A stretch of DNA of 64,000 bases, from NCBI RefSeq assembly GCF_018977255.1, contig NW_024704742.1, forward strand, positions 121,832,001 to 121,896,000, written 5' to 3'. The notes beneath the pieces were generated by a model. That model did not search any database, was not told the origin of the DNA, and saw only the letters and a program-made list of their open reading frames with translations. Shown piece after piece: positions 37,826-50,123 of this stretch. Source of the stretch: Callorhinchus milii. Its lineage: Eukaryota. How positions within the stretch are numbered: position 1 is the first letter of the stretch; each line of letters starts with the position of its first letter. The translations under genes and the position numbers were made by a program.

Positions 37826-39287
37826 ATTTTTCAATCTTCGTTGGACACAGGGGTGGTGCCAATGTGACTCCCCTGTACAAAAAGTGACAGAAGGACAAAC
37901 CTGGGCACTACAGGCCAGTCAGTAATGGGGAAACTCCTGGAGACTATAATCCGGGACTAAATAAATCTTCACTTAGAAGAATATGGGTTAATTAGGGACA
38001 GCCAACATGGATTTGTTAAAGGCAGATCTTGTCTAACAAATCTAATAGAGTTTTTTGATGAGGTAATGGAGAGGGTGGATAAAGGTAGTGCAGTTGATGT
38101 GGTTTATATGGACTTTCAAAAGGCATTTGACAAAGTGCCACGTGAAAGACTTGTAAGAAAGATAGAAGCCCATGGTATAAAAGGGAGAGTGGCAGCATGG
38201 ATCCAGAACTGGTTGGGAGACAGAAAGCAGAGAGTTGTGGTGAACGGCTGCTTTTCTGCTGGGAAGTGTACAGTGGCATCCCCCAGGGATCGGTATTATG
38301 ACTACTGCTCTTCTTAATATACATAAATGATCTGGACTTGGGTATAGTAAGCACCATTTCCAAGTTTGCGGACGACACAAAGTTAGATAGGGAAGTAAAC
38401 AGTGAGAAGGATAGTAGCCAACTGCAGGAAGACATAGACAGAATGGTAAAATGGGCAGACACATGGCAGATGAGTTTCAATGTGGAGAAAGGTGAGGTAC
38501 TGCATTTTGGGAGAAAGAATGAGGGGAGGCAATATAGGCTGGTAATACAATCTTAAGGAGGGGTAAAAGAACAGAGAGACCTGGGGGTGCAGGTAAATGA
38601 ATCCTTGAAGGTGGCAAGACAGGTAGATAAAGCTGTAAAAAGGGCATATGGGATACTAGGCTTTATAAATAGTGGCATAGAGTACAAGAGTCAGGAGGTT
38701 ATGATTAACCCATATAAAACACTGGTTAGGCCTCAGTTGGAATACTGCGTCCAGTTCTGGGCACCACTATAGGAAGGATGTTAAGGCATTGGAAAGGGTG
38801 CAGAGGAGATTTACGAGGATGGTACCAGGAATGAGGGACCCTGATTATGAGGAAAGGCGAGAGAGGTTAGGATTATTCTCATTGGAACAGAGAAGGTTAC
38901 GAGGAGACCTAACAGAGGTCTTCAAAATCATGAGGGGATTTGATAGATTAGAAAGGGAAAAACTATTTCCATTGGTAGGTGTGTCGGTGACTCGAGGTCA
39001 CAGATTCAAAATAGTCTCTAAAAGAAGCAGAGGGGAGGTGAGAAGAAATTTTTTCACGCAGCGAGTTGTTCGAATATGGAACGCATTGCCTGAAAGAGTG
39101 GGCAAGGCTGATTCGATAACAACTTTTAAAAACGCGGTGGACGGGTATTTGAGGAGGACGTTTTTGCAGGGTTATGGGGAAAGGGCTGGGGAGTGGGACT
39201 GACATTAATTGCTGTATTCAAAGAGCCGATACAAACTCGATGGGCCGAATGGCCTCTTTTTGTGCTGTACGATTCTATGATTCTGTG
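37826..39287 (+). mobile_element. CR1 LINE, 5'-truncated, frameshifted ORF2 (reverse transcriptase)
   Basis: YMDFQKAFDKVP, FADDTKL, RPQLEYCVQFWAP, QRRLRGDL, GYGERAGEWD across split ORFs; GGGCCGAATGGCC hairpin and ATTCTATGATTCTGTG tail. Confidence 0.95.
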
Positions 39288-39923
39288 TTGGAGGTGATTT
39301 TCCTTTATTGCCATAAAAGCACCTAAGTTATTTTCCTCCCAAAGAATATCTTGAGTAGCTATTCAGAACAATATTAATAGGCTTGTTATACTTATTGCAC
39401 CTACCAGTAATAACAGAAAACTTTGCCTGTATTGCTTTCTGCTGAATTAGTAACTTTGTTCATTTTCCCCTCAATATTTTGTAGTGAATTAAAAGAAACT
39501 GAAATAATTGACTTATTATTTTATTATTTAATATTACAATTTTTAAACAATTTTTGTTATTTAATATTATAATGTTCTGCAATGAATTAAAAGAATGAAA
39601 ATTAAATAATTGACTTCTTCCTGCCTGCAACTAACTGCAAGGGAATTAATTTATCTTTCATTGGGGGCACCAGTGTGAAATTTCAGCTGGTTGCTGAAAT
39701 TAGCAACATTTCTGTCTTAAGCAGATAAAGAGAAAATATCATAAGTTCACACCATCAAGGTCAACAACTTTACTGCCCTCCAGAAATGTGTTGCCCTTCA
39801 CGTCATAGTGAATATCAGCCAAGGTGCTTGGATCGTCAGTTCATGGAATATGGTAAAAATTCTGAATTTCTGTCGCGGTTAGTTCACTGGAATAATACAG
39901 CTGTTGATGTTTGAGAGATGGGA

Positions 39924-40190
39924 GGGGCCAAATTTCACCTGGGTTAAGACTTACTAATGCTAACACAGAATTTCACAGTATCTAGAATTTGGTAAATTCT
40001 TAAATGGAGTCTTCATGTTGAAGCTGGTTTTCTGTATGGCTATTAAGAGTCATATCCCCAGGTTGACTGGCATAGAAACCGGCATGAAAGTTCAGCACCC
40101 AACAGACTGAAATCAACAACTTGCCAAATTTTGGATGCTCTGAAAATCTATTTTTAGTAGAGTAAATCTAGACCCAGGTGACACTTACCC
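39924..40190. mobile_element. MITE-like element with imperfect ~70-bp TIRs; related arm at 48145-48230
   Basis: GGGGCCAAATTTCACCTGGGTTAAGACTTACT.. vs reverse complement of ..TAGTAGAGTAAATCTAGACCCAGGTGACACTTACCC. Confidence 0.55.
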
Positions 40191-40385
40191 AATAATAATC
40201 CCTCCAAAAACCAAAACCAATAATAAATTGGTCATTTTCAATCTACGACTGTTTGTGGGACATTGCTGTGCGCAATTGGCTGCCGCGTTTGCCTATAAAT
40301 ATACAGTCAATTCACTTTACAGTTTGTTCTGTGAAGCGCTTTGGGACGTCCTCCCGACGTGAAAAGCGCTATATCAAATGCAAGG

Positions 40386-40425
<40 letters not shown>
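40191..40425 (+). mobile_element. Young Deu-type SINE 3' half
   Basis: Consensus match; long (ATT)n tail. Confidence 0.9.
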
Positions 40426-40426
<1 letters not shown>

Positions 40427-40503
40427 GCTTACAATTTCTTGTAAGAGAGAAAAAAAATTGTATTTTTCATGTACTGTATATAATACATAATATGTGACCA
40501 TAT

Positions 40504-40880
40504 GGAGTCCTGTAGCATAGTGGTCATAGGGTAGTGTCCCGGAGTGTAGCAAGTGCTCTGGGACGCTACCCCACATCAAAGGCGCGATATAAATGTAAGT
40601 TCTTGTTGTTGTTGGTTATCACACTCACATTCCAAGCGAGAGGAATGGGTTCAAATCCCAGGCGGATGAAACCTTTGACAAGTCTCCTTATTCCATGCGC
40701 CTCTATTTATCTAGCAATAAGTAGTAACCCAGTTGTTAGTCGATTGGCAGATTGCTTTTCAGGAGTAGTAGCCCCATCCCCTGTTCCCCCTACTCCCCCC
40801 AAAAAATTGATCACTCAATTGATGACTGTTTGTTGGACACTGCTGTGTAAAATTGGCTGCCGCATTTCGCCCACAATTTC
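40504..40880 (+). mobile_element. Long-form SINE with an L2-like 3' tail inserted at ~40530-40613
   Basis: Head GGAGTCCTGTAGCATAGTGG interrupted by ..GGCGCGATATAAATGTAAGTTC(TTG)n, then resumes. Confidence 0.7.
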
Positions 40881-41409
40881 ACTGTTCGACTAGACAATAC
40901 AATCATGAAGAAGTTAAAGGAGCCAGTATGGTTTAAAACAAAAACATAAAAGTAAATCCATACAATGCTAAATTTGTTTATAATAAAATGCTCTGGAGAG
41001 TTTGCAGAAAATATATTTTTTAGAAAAATTGCCTGGAGAAGATGAAAAAAAGGCAATGAAATTGATTGTTACCAGTGGTTTTGAGGAGATTGATTTTGGA
41101 GAAACAGTTATAATTTTGCGAGACCTGGAATAGTGCCATTATCCTGTGACAGGTGTGCACCACTTTCACCATTAAACATTCGGTCACTTCTCAAACGTTC
41201 AAACTAATAGTTTGCTGTTCTATTACTCAACTGCAGGCCATGTTTAAATATGAGTCCTCGAGCAGTGAGCGGTAGAGAATTATTAATATAAGTACAATCT
41301 ATTCCCAGGGTTCAGGTAATATTCATGAACAATGCCAAGATGCATCATTTCAAGACTGAGATTAAATTACATCTTGAAGTTCCTTCCTTCCATCATTGTC
41401 CAGTAGGTC

Positions 41410-41705
41410 AATTAAAGCACGTGCCTCGCAAGTGAGAGATCTGGGTTTGATTCCCAGCAAGGGCGAAACCTTGGGCAAGTTTCCTTACTCCACATGCCTG
41501 ATAATAATCCGTCAAGAAAAAAAACAATAACAATTTGGTCATTTCAATCCACGACTGTTTGTGGGCACTGCTGTGCACAATTAGCTGCCGTGTTTCGCCA
41601 CAAAATATACAGTCAATTCACTTTACAATATATTCTGTGAAGCGCTTTGAGACGTCTCAACGACATGATATGGCACTATATCAAATGCAAGGATTATTAT
41701 TATAA
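41410..41705 (+). mobile_element. Deu-type SINE, slightly 5' truncated
   Basis: Consensus match. Confidence 0.88.
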
Positions 41706-41904
41706 TGGGAGGACATGTTTGTTCTGGATATGCTTTTTATGGCAGAACTTAGTTTGAAACTCATAGTGTAGGCTGACACTCCAATATGGTGCTGGGGGTA
41801 TGTTGGAGGTGCTGTTCTTCTGATGAAACGTTAAACCAAGGTCTGTCTGCCTGTTTAGGTACACTTAATTAACCTCTAAATATTCCATGGCTTTATTGGA
41901 GAAG

Positions 41905-42738
41905 CGAATTGTGTTCAGGGAGGAGTGGAAGAGCAGAGGCCCTAGTGGTTAACATACATAAATCCTTGAGGTGGGAAGGCAGATGGACAAAGCTGTCAAG
42001 ATAACAAATGAAATCCTAGGTTTCATAAATAGGGGTACAGAATAAATAATAATAATAATAATAATACTTGCATTTATTATAGAGCCTTATTCCGTTGTTG
42101 CGATAAAATATATAATTTTAATAAAAAATCAAAGAGGTAATGCTGAACTTATATTAATTATTAGTTGGACCGCAGTTAGAATATTGTCATCTCAATTTAG
42201 GAAGTGCGTGAAGGCCATGGGGGGCTGCAGAAGAGATGTACTAGGATGATACTTGGGATGAGTGGTTTGGCCTATGAGCAGAGAGAAGAGGAACTGGAAC
42301 ATTTTTTGCTGGAACAAAAAAGGTTTAAGGGTGGCCTGATAAAGATCTTTAAAATTATAAAGGGTTTTGATAGTCAATAGGGAGTAATTCTTTCCACTGG
42401 TCAGTAAATTGGTAACCAGAGGGTATCATTTTAAGATAACTAGAAAATGGGGAGATTAAGAGTTTTTTTTTCACAAACAGTGTTAGGACACTCTTCAAAG
42501 CCCAGGTTGAGGCAGAATCTTAATTAAGGAAGTAGATAGATATCAATTTTACCCTTTTTTTAAGATATCTATCTACTTTGATCAAAAGATCAATGTAGAT
42601 AGATATCTTTAAAAAAGAGTAAACTACAGGACTATGAGGAAAAGGCAGGTAAATGGGACTGAAAGGATTGTTCTTTAAATGAGCAATCACAGACATGATG
42701 GGCTAAATGGCCTTCTGTGCTGTAAATTTCTATGGTTT
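41905..42738 (+). mobile_element. Degenerate CR1 3' fragment nested in an older Deu SINE (41745-41903 + 42740-42950)
   Basis: GGACCGCAGTTAGAATATTG, YEEKAGKWD*, ATGGGCTAAATGGCC..TTCTATG tail; Deu sequence continues on both sides. Confidence 0.75.
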
Positions 42739-43604
42739 TAGAAGGGAGTTTCTCACAACATCCTGGCCAACATTTTCCTAGATTATTAAATTAGTCGCTC
42801 GCTTCATGGCTGTTTGTGGGACATTGCTGTTTGCAAATTGGCTGCCTTGTTTGCCAACAAAATATACAGCCTCTATACTCTACAGCATATCCTGTGAAGC
42901 ACTTTGAGATGTCCCCCCGACATGAAAGGTACTATATCAAATGCATGGGCTATTCACAGAATCATAGAACCACAGAAATTTACAGCACAGAAGGAGACCA
43001 TTCAGCCCATTTAGTTTGCTCTGGCTCTCAACTATTTATTATTCATTCATAATGCAGGAACCATAATGAACCACCCTGTCTGACAGTGCCTTCAGGCATT
43101 GCTTGAAGTTGTTGTGTTGAATGGCAGAAAGCAATGATTCAAGCAACCACACAAATATCCACACAGTTTTAGTGGACTTTTGGTACATTTTATGTTGGCA
43201 CATCAGACTTATAGTGGGATGCCAAGGGAGATCTCTGATGACTCAGCGTCTTTATAAATAAACCATGATAACAATTAGAATTAACCCACTGAGGTCAGGA
43301 AATCTGTACATACAATATAATGGTGACCTTGCTGTGAATGGGGGAGAAATTGAGGTGAGAAAAGATGTTCTTTCCTGTTGCAGCCAATTCGTGAATATAT
43401 AAAATGTCATGATAGATAGTCAGTAATAACATTGCTTTGATTAATATTATTGTCTCAGTGATTTACAGGTTGATGGCTCCCTTAAGATTCAATGTTAAAA
43501 CTTTCAATAAATTTCACCCAATAACTAGTCAGCACTTTAAGTGGTGTCCCTGCCATCCTGGCGCTTAGACCATTTACTACCCTTCTCTCTTGAGTATAAT
43601 ACTA

Positions 43605-44030
43605 TTATTAACATTTGATATAGTGCCTTTCAAGTTAGAAGGGTGTCCCAAAGAGCTTCACAGGATATACTATAAAATGCCTTGACTCTGTTTTGTGGGC
43701 AAACATGGCAGCCAATTCACGCAGCAAGGTCCCAAAATAGCCATGAAGTGAATGACTGATTTTTATTTAGGGGATTGTTGGCCAAGATACCAGGGGAAAC
43801 TTGCTTCTCTTTTTGAATAGTGCTATAGGATCTTTAATGTCCACATGGACAAGCCGATGGGGCTTCTATTTAGCATCTCATCTGAAGGACATTACCTCCA
43901 ACAATGCAGCACAACCCCATCACTGACCTGGAGTATCAGGTTAGACGATTATGAGTTCCAAGTTCCGATGTAGGGCTTGAACCCAGAACCTTCTGACTCA
44001 GGGGCGAGAGTGCTACCAACTGAGCCAGGA
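43605..44030 (-). mobile_element. Older tRNA-Deu SINE, near full length
   Basis: Reverse complement CCTGGCTCAGTTGGTAGCACTCTCGCCCCTGAGTCAGAAGGTTCTGGGTTCAAGCCC, then Deu body and tail. Confidence 0.8.
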
Positions 44031-44069
44031 AGACGCTGCCTCATACTGTGGTTCACAATTATATAAGAG

Positions 44070-44385
44070 CCTGGTAGCTTGCCCAAATAGACATTCTTCC
44101 TGTGTGGGCTGAGATGATAATCATCAGCAGTGTGTTCAACTGTGGGAACATGATACCAAGCCTGATGCTCTACTTGGTTGCCATTCACATGAGCCACTGG
44201 ATATTAGGAATTGTAGCTGCTGTTTTGCTTTTGCCAAGAGGCATGGGCCTATTTTACCCCTTCCCACTACCACTGACCAAACTGCTGGTTTGGCTGCAAA
44301 TAACTAAGCATAGATTGGAATTCAATCCTTTTCTGGTCTGTATGTCTTAGAGCTGAATGAGGCGGTGCTATAACCACTAGGCCTT
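44070..44385 (-). mobile_element. Ancient tRNA-like SINE copy
   Basis: Reverse complement GGCCTAGTGGTTATAGCACCGCC..CATACAGACCAG; related to 11778. Confidence 0.5.
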
Positions 44386-44400
44386 TGAAAGAGCTATCTA

Positions 44401-44736
44401 TAATAATAATAATAATCCTTAATAATAATAATAATCCTTGCATTTGATATAGCGCTTTTCACGTCGGGAGGACGTCCCAAAGCGCTTCACAGAACACACT
44501 GTAAAGTGAATTGACTGTATATTTGTGGGCGAACGCGGCAGCCAATTGCGCACAGCAATGTCCCACAAACAGTCGTAGATTGAAAATGACCAATTTATTA
44601 TTGTTTTTGGTTTTGGCGGGATTATTATTAGGCGTGTGGAGTAAGGAAACTTGCCCAAGGTTTCGCCCTGCCTGGAATTGAACTCAGGTCTCTCGCTTGC
44701 AAAGCGAGTGCTCTACCCACTGAGCTACAGGACTCC
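44401..44736 (-). mobile_element. Young Deu-type SINE, full length, duplicated tail
   Basis: Near-identical to 49797 and 56271 copies; (AAT)nCCTT occurs twice at the tail. Confidence 0.93.
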
Positions 44737-45340
44737 ACAAATATCTTATATCTTAGACGATATAAAAAAATGGATTCCATTAAATTTAATTAGTTGTTTA
44801 TTGCAATTTGAATCTCTTACGCCCTTGTGGCTTTCTATCAGATATAATTACATTTGGAAGGATTGGGTCGATCGGTTTATTTTTGTTGCGGACATTCTGA
44901 TAGATGAAGCAATATAAAATAAATGCTAAACTTATGAAGCAAAATAAATGTTTTTCCTGGCATTGTGTGATTCAGTCTGTGCAATAAACCTAGCAATGCA
45001 ACATTATCTAAATTAATTGGTCCAAATGAGCAAGTTCACAATTATGACAATATTGTCAAGTTATTTATGCGCTTTCAGGCTGACTTCCAAAGTCATCATT
45101 TGTCTTATATTACTGAAAGCATAAACCATGAATGATAAAAGAATTAAAGAACTGTGAGACCTGTATACAAGCAGGTGAAGAGGCAAATTTTGTTTTAAGT
45201 ATTTTGTCTTTACTAATGTGAACATGAGACTGGAACACATAACCAGATTTGAGGGCAGAAAAAGCACTGGACAAAAACTGATATGAAATTATAATACATA
45301 CATACATACAGGGTTGATTAAACAAATGGTTGAACTGTAT

Positions 45341-45534
45341 AAAAGTCACTATAAACACAATGTGCCTTTTATATAAACAAATGTTAAATTGTGTTCATTA
45401 TTCTCATAGCCAATATAAAATTGACTTATCTTTCTCAAAAAGTCACAATAAACTCAATGTGCCTTCTATATAAACAATCTTAAATTGTGTTCATTGTTCT
45501 CAGAGCCAATATAAAATTGACTTATCTTTCCCAA
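45341..45534 (+). repeat. Tandem duplication, 97-bp unit x2
   Basis: AAAAGTCAC..TTGACTTATCTTTC starts at 45341 and again at 45438. Confidence 0.9.
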
Positions 45535-45593
45535 ACTAGTACAACATTTTCTGCTGACTTAACAGAGTGTATAAAGTAACACAAATTGATTGT

Positions 45594-45965
45594 GGAGTCC
45601 TGTAGCTTAGTGGTTAGAGCCGTTGCCTAGCATGTGGGAGGCTCGAAGTTTGATTCCCGGCAGGGCGAAACATTGGGCAAGTTTCTTTACTCCACTCGCC
45701 TCTGTTTACTTAGCAGTAATTAGCAACCCAGTTGTTAGCCAATTGGTGGATCACTTTTCTGGGGGTAATAATTCCTTCAAAATAAATAAAAATAATTTGG
45801 TCACTCAATCGACGACTATTTGTAAGACAATCCTAAGACAAATTGGCTGCTGCGTTTTGCCCACAAAATGTACAGGCAATTCACTTTACACTATATCCTG
45901 TGAAGCGCTTTGAGATGTCTCAAAGACGTGATAAGGTCTATATTAAATGCAAGGATTAGTATTAT
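45594..45965 (+). mobile_element. Deu-type SINE, long subfamily, full length
   Basis: Head, extra middle segment and tail all present. Confidence 0.88.
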
Positions 45966-46076
45966 TGTTATTACTGTAAATGGACATTAACAGTATAAGT
46001 GCATTATCGTGCACCTATGAATAGTGTCCATTGTAGATAGCCGGTGAGATGATATTATAATAATCATTGCATTTGT

Positions 46077-46395
46077 GGAGTCCTGTGGCTCAGTGGTTAG
46101 AGCACTCGCTTTGCAAGCGAGAGACCTGAGTTCATTTCCAGGCAGGGCGAAACCTTGGGCAAGTTTCCTTACTCCACACGCCTAATAATAATCCCTCCAA
46201 AAACCAAAAACAATAATAAATTGGTCATTTTCCATCTACGACTGTTTGTGGACATTGCTGTGCGCAATTGGCTGCCGCGTTCGCCCACAAATATACAGTC
46301 AATTCACTTTACAGTGTGTTCTGTGAAGCGCTTTGGGACGTCCTCCTGACGTGAAAAGCGCTATATCAAATGCAAGGATTATTATTATTATTATT
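46077..46395 (+). mobile_element. Young Deu-type SINE, full length
   Basis: Anticodon arm CTCGC-TTTGCAA-GCGAG intact; (ATT)n. Confidence 0.93.
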
Positions 46396-46638
46396 TATTT
46401 GCTACCAAGACTTATCGTGTCACCAAAACATCTCAAATTGCTTCACAAGATTTTACTGTGACCTATAACACTCTGTATTTGCAGGCAAATGAATCAGTAA
46501 ATTTGTGCACAGCAAAATACCATTAGTTGCCTTGAAGTGAAGGACAATTGTTTTTGTGTAGGGGGGGTGGGGGTGGGTGGTTTGGCCAGGATACCAGGAG
46601 AAATTGTGCCATGGAATCTTTAACATCCACTGGACAGG

Positions 46639-47685
46639 CAACAACAACAAAATTATATTTATAGAGCGCCTTTCACGTCGGGAGGACGTCCCTAAAGAAG
46701 CGCTGAACAGTCAGGTGTCAGGGCCCGAGCATGGGGGAGGGGTGGTGTAGGGGTGAGGGAAGACAGAGAGGTGGGAGGGAGACCAAAGGCACGGTCAAAG
46801 AGAAGGGTCTTGAGACCGGCCTTGAAGGAGGCAAGGGAGGAAGCGAGGCGAAGGGAGCGTGGGATGGAGTTCCAGAGTGTGGGGGCAGAGAGGCTGAAAA
46901 CCCGGCCACTGATGGTAGGGCGGTTCGGGCAGGAGACATGGAGCAGGTCGGAGCCTAATGAAGGGAGGGAGCAGGTCAGAGAGGTAGGAGGTGGCAAGGC
47001 CATGGATGGCCTTAAAGGTGAGGACAAGGATCTTGAACTCGATCCTCTGGGGGAGAGGGAGCCAGTGGAGTCAGGCGATGGTGGGAGTGATGGGGTCACT
47101 GAGCCTGGTGCATGAGAGTACATGAGTTGCAGAGTTTTGGATGATCTGCAGCTTGTGAAGGGAAGAGTTGGAAAGGCCGATGAGGAGGGAGTTCCCGTAA
47201 TCGAGCCTTGATGTGACAAATGCGTGGGTTAGGGTTTTGGCAGCCTGAGGGGTGAGGCAGTGGCGGAGTCTGGCAATGTTGTGGAAGTGGTGGTAGGCAG
47301 TGCCGGTCATGGCGCGGATGTGGGGAGAAAGGACAGTTCAGGGTCAAACAAGACACCCAGGTTCCTGACTGGCTTAGTGAGGTTGAGTGTGCAGCCGTGG
47401 AGGCTGATGCTGCCAGCGCCTGAGGTGTGGAGGTGCTGGCGTGAGCCAATCAGGAGGGCCTCGGTCTTGCTGACGTTGAGTTGGAGAACGTTGGCCCTCG
47501 TCCAGGACTTGATGTCGGGCAGGCAGTCGATCAGGACCTCAGTAGTCCTGGAGTTCAGGGTGGAGGCAGAGAGTTAGAGTTGGGTGTCATCCGCATACAT
47601 GTGGAAATTTACCCCATGTCTGCAGATGATGTCACCAAGGGGGAGCATGTAGAGGGTGAAGAGGAAGGGACCGAGGACGGCACCT
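46639..47685 (-). mobile_element. Young L2 LINE, ~1 kb 3' fragment of ORF2
   Basis: [13 protein letters not shown] motif near 47590; AKTLTHAFVTSRLDYGNSLLIGL; (TTG)n tail. Confidence 0.93.
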
Positions 47686-49796
47686 TGGAAATTGCAGTGC
47701 TCCCTTAGCAATGAGCAGAAACTGTGAGCTCAATTCCTCCTTAAAGATGCAAACCCTGTTCTTTGGGCGATTGTTTTCAGAGAAGTAAATCACTAACCTG
47801 TAAATTTCTCGGTTAATTGTTCGTCAAACTTGTCAATTAATTCCAAAGTACTGTCACTCGAGAATTTGATCTACACATAACACGTAGGCCTCATTCAACA
47901 AGTCTGAAGCAATATGCTGCACTCTGCAACTGGATACAAGGTTTGTTATTAATTTGAAGTTGAATTTTGAAAACTATAGTACTTGTTCAAGGTCTAGCCT
48001 CTACATGTATCTACAAATGTAAAGATATTTTTGGGTCAGTCCCTCCCGCGGTGAACACATTTTCACAACTCCGAGATTCTCCTTTGTGAGCATTAGAACC
48101 ATCTGTGAACATCTGTTCGATTCACACCACCTTAGACAGCTGGAGGGCAGTAATTCCACCTGGATCTAGATTTACTCTACTAACGTAGCATTTAAGAACT
48201 TAGAGAATTTGGCAAATACTTAAATTATAAGCTTAATTCGGAAACAATTTTTTCAGACAGTTCTTTTAGGAACTGCAGAAAAGGGTTTTCTTTGCATTTT
48301 TCATCTGTGCACATCACAATTTACATGCCTCCTAGCTCAGTGTGATAGACTTAGGAACTAAGAAGCGGTCTCTAATGTTACTGTATCCAGTTAATTCATA
48401 TATAGCCTAACCTTAAAGCATAGTGATCAAACTGGGCAACATAAGCAAATGGTCTATCATTTATTATATTTGCTAACATTTGATATATTTGACACAATCT
48501 AACATAATATTTAAATAGCACATGATACTGCGTTACAAATACATGTGTCAAGTAATATGCAAGAAGTACCGATCACTCTTTTTGATTTAAAATTGTAACC
48601 TATTTTGATGTAATTCATGCCCTAAAACCAATGCAACTCTATGAGTTTGAATGGCTTTTCACTCTGTTTTCGTCTTACAAAATGTAAATGTTTATTCCTG
48701 AGGTTTTGTACTCCTAATGTCGACGATTCTGTAATTACATTAAAATATTAATGGGGCGGGAGGTGGGCGAGTGATGTTTCACACATCAGCTCACTGATTT
48801 TATTCAGAAATAAATAGCAATAATTATGTGGCAAATTCAATATACTGCCACTGATCCCTGACTTGTGTACTGGGGATGTATGAATGTAATTCATTATTTA
48901 ACGGAACCTCAGAAACCTAAGATGAGAATGTGAAAAACCCATACAACCAATACAACTCTTCCCACGAGGAGAGACACAGAAATCATACTCTTGACTTCAT
49001 GCCAAACCCACACTTCCACTTACTTTCAAACCACCTTCGCTTTCAGGTATAATTCAGTTACAAGAAATGTACAGATGAACAGTTGACACTTTATTGAATC
49101 TGTTATGAAATATTGGATATTTTTCATTCTTTCATGGCCATGGAACTGGACCCTCCCCCCACCAGCCCACCCTCCTGAACTTTGGCGCAATTGTTATTAA
49201 CAGGGCCCGATTACTTTTGCACTAATAAAAAATCTTTTTTTAAAAAAAGTATAAAAGAGTTGTGTACAAGTTAACACGAGAGCACATACAGTGTCCACAA
49301 AGTCCTCTTATCCCCTGTTACAAAACAGTGATACAAGATTACAGAGTAGCTGAAACAAGGTGTCAGAGATGCTTTTCACCTCTTCACTGCATCATGTTAC
49401 GGAAGATGTCGCAACAAACCTGGTGATGGATCATTATCTGCCATGAAAATGATGGCGCTCGCACTGATCCTCTGGACGTCTAAGTACAGTTAATCAATTG
49501 TACTGAATACAATTAAGTACTTTTAAATACAATTATCATCATTGTTCCACATGTTTCAGTTGTTGATCTTTAAGTAACAGGACTTGGGAGACTCTGTATA
49601 ATGTCTTCTGCAGTTGAAACTTATTATGGCAGCTCCATATTGAAGTCTTTGGAACTGACACTACGAGAAACTATGTCATCTTAGTACTCCCTATTGAGGT
49701 AATAATGATCTTTTGATACGACTCGAGGGATGTCTATGAGTAGTCATATTTCAATTCTTCTGCCACTATGATTTTCTCCTTACGTGAAGGTACTGA

Positions 49797-50123
49797 GGAG
49801 TCCTGTAGCTCAGTGGTTAGAGCACTCGCTTTGCAAGTGAGAGACCTGAGTTCAATTCCAGGCAGGGCGAAACCTTGGGCAAGTTTCCTTACTCCACACA
49901 GAGCCTAATAATAATCCCTCCAAAAAACCAAAAACAATAATTAAATTGGTCATTTTCAATCTACGACTGTTTGTGGGACATTGCTGTGCGCAATTGGCTG
50001 CCGCGTTCGCCCACAAATATACAGTCAATTCACTTTACAGTGTGTTCTGTGAAGCGCTTTGGGACGTCCTCCCGACGTGAAAAGCGCTATATCAAATGCA
50101 AGGATTATTATTATTATTATTAT
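49797..50123 (+). mobile_element. Young Deu-type SINE, full length, TSD TACTGA
   Basis: TACTGA at 49791-49796 and 50124-50129 flanks the element. Confidence 0.94.

Noticed and set aside
38066..39202. Functional reverse transcriptase gene
   Set aside because: 5'-truncated CR1 with frameshifts and stops
46077..46155. tRNA-Ala(TGC) genes at SINE heads
   Set aside because: A/B boxes and anticodon arm present, but no proper acceptor stem and always followed by SINE body and tail
48930..49790. Possible DNA-transposon or processed-gene remnant
   Set aside because: Composition looked slightly different, but no ORF, TIR or recognisable motif was found
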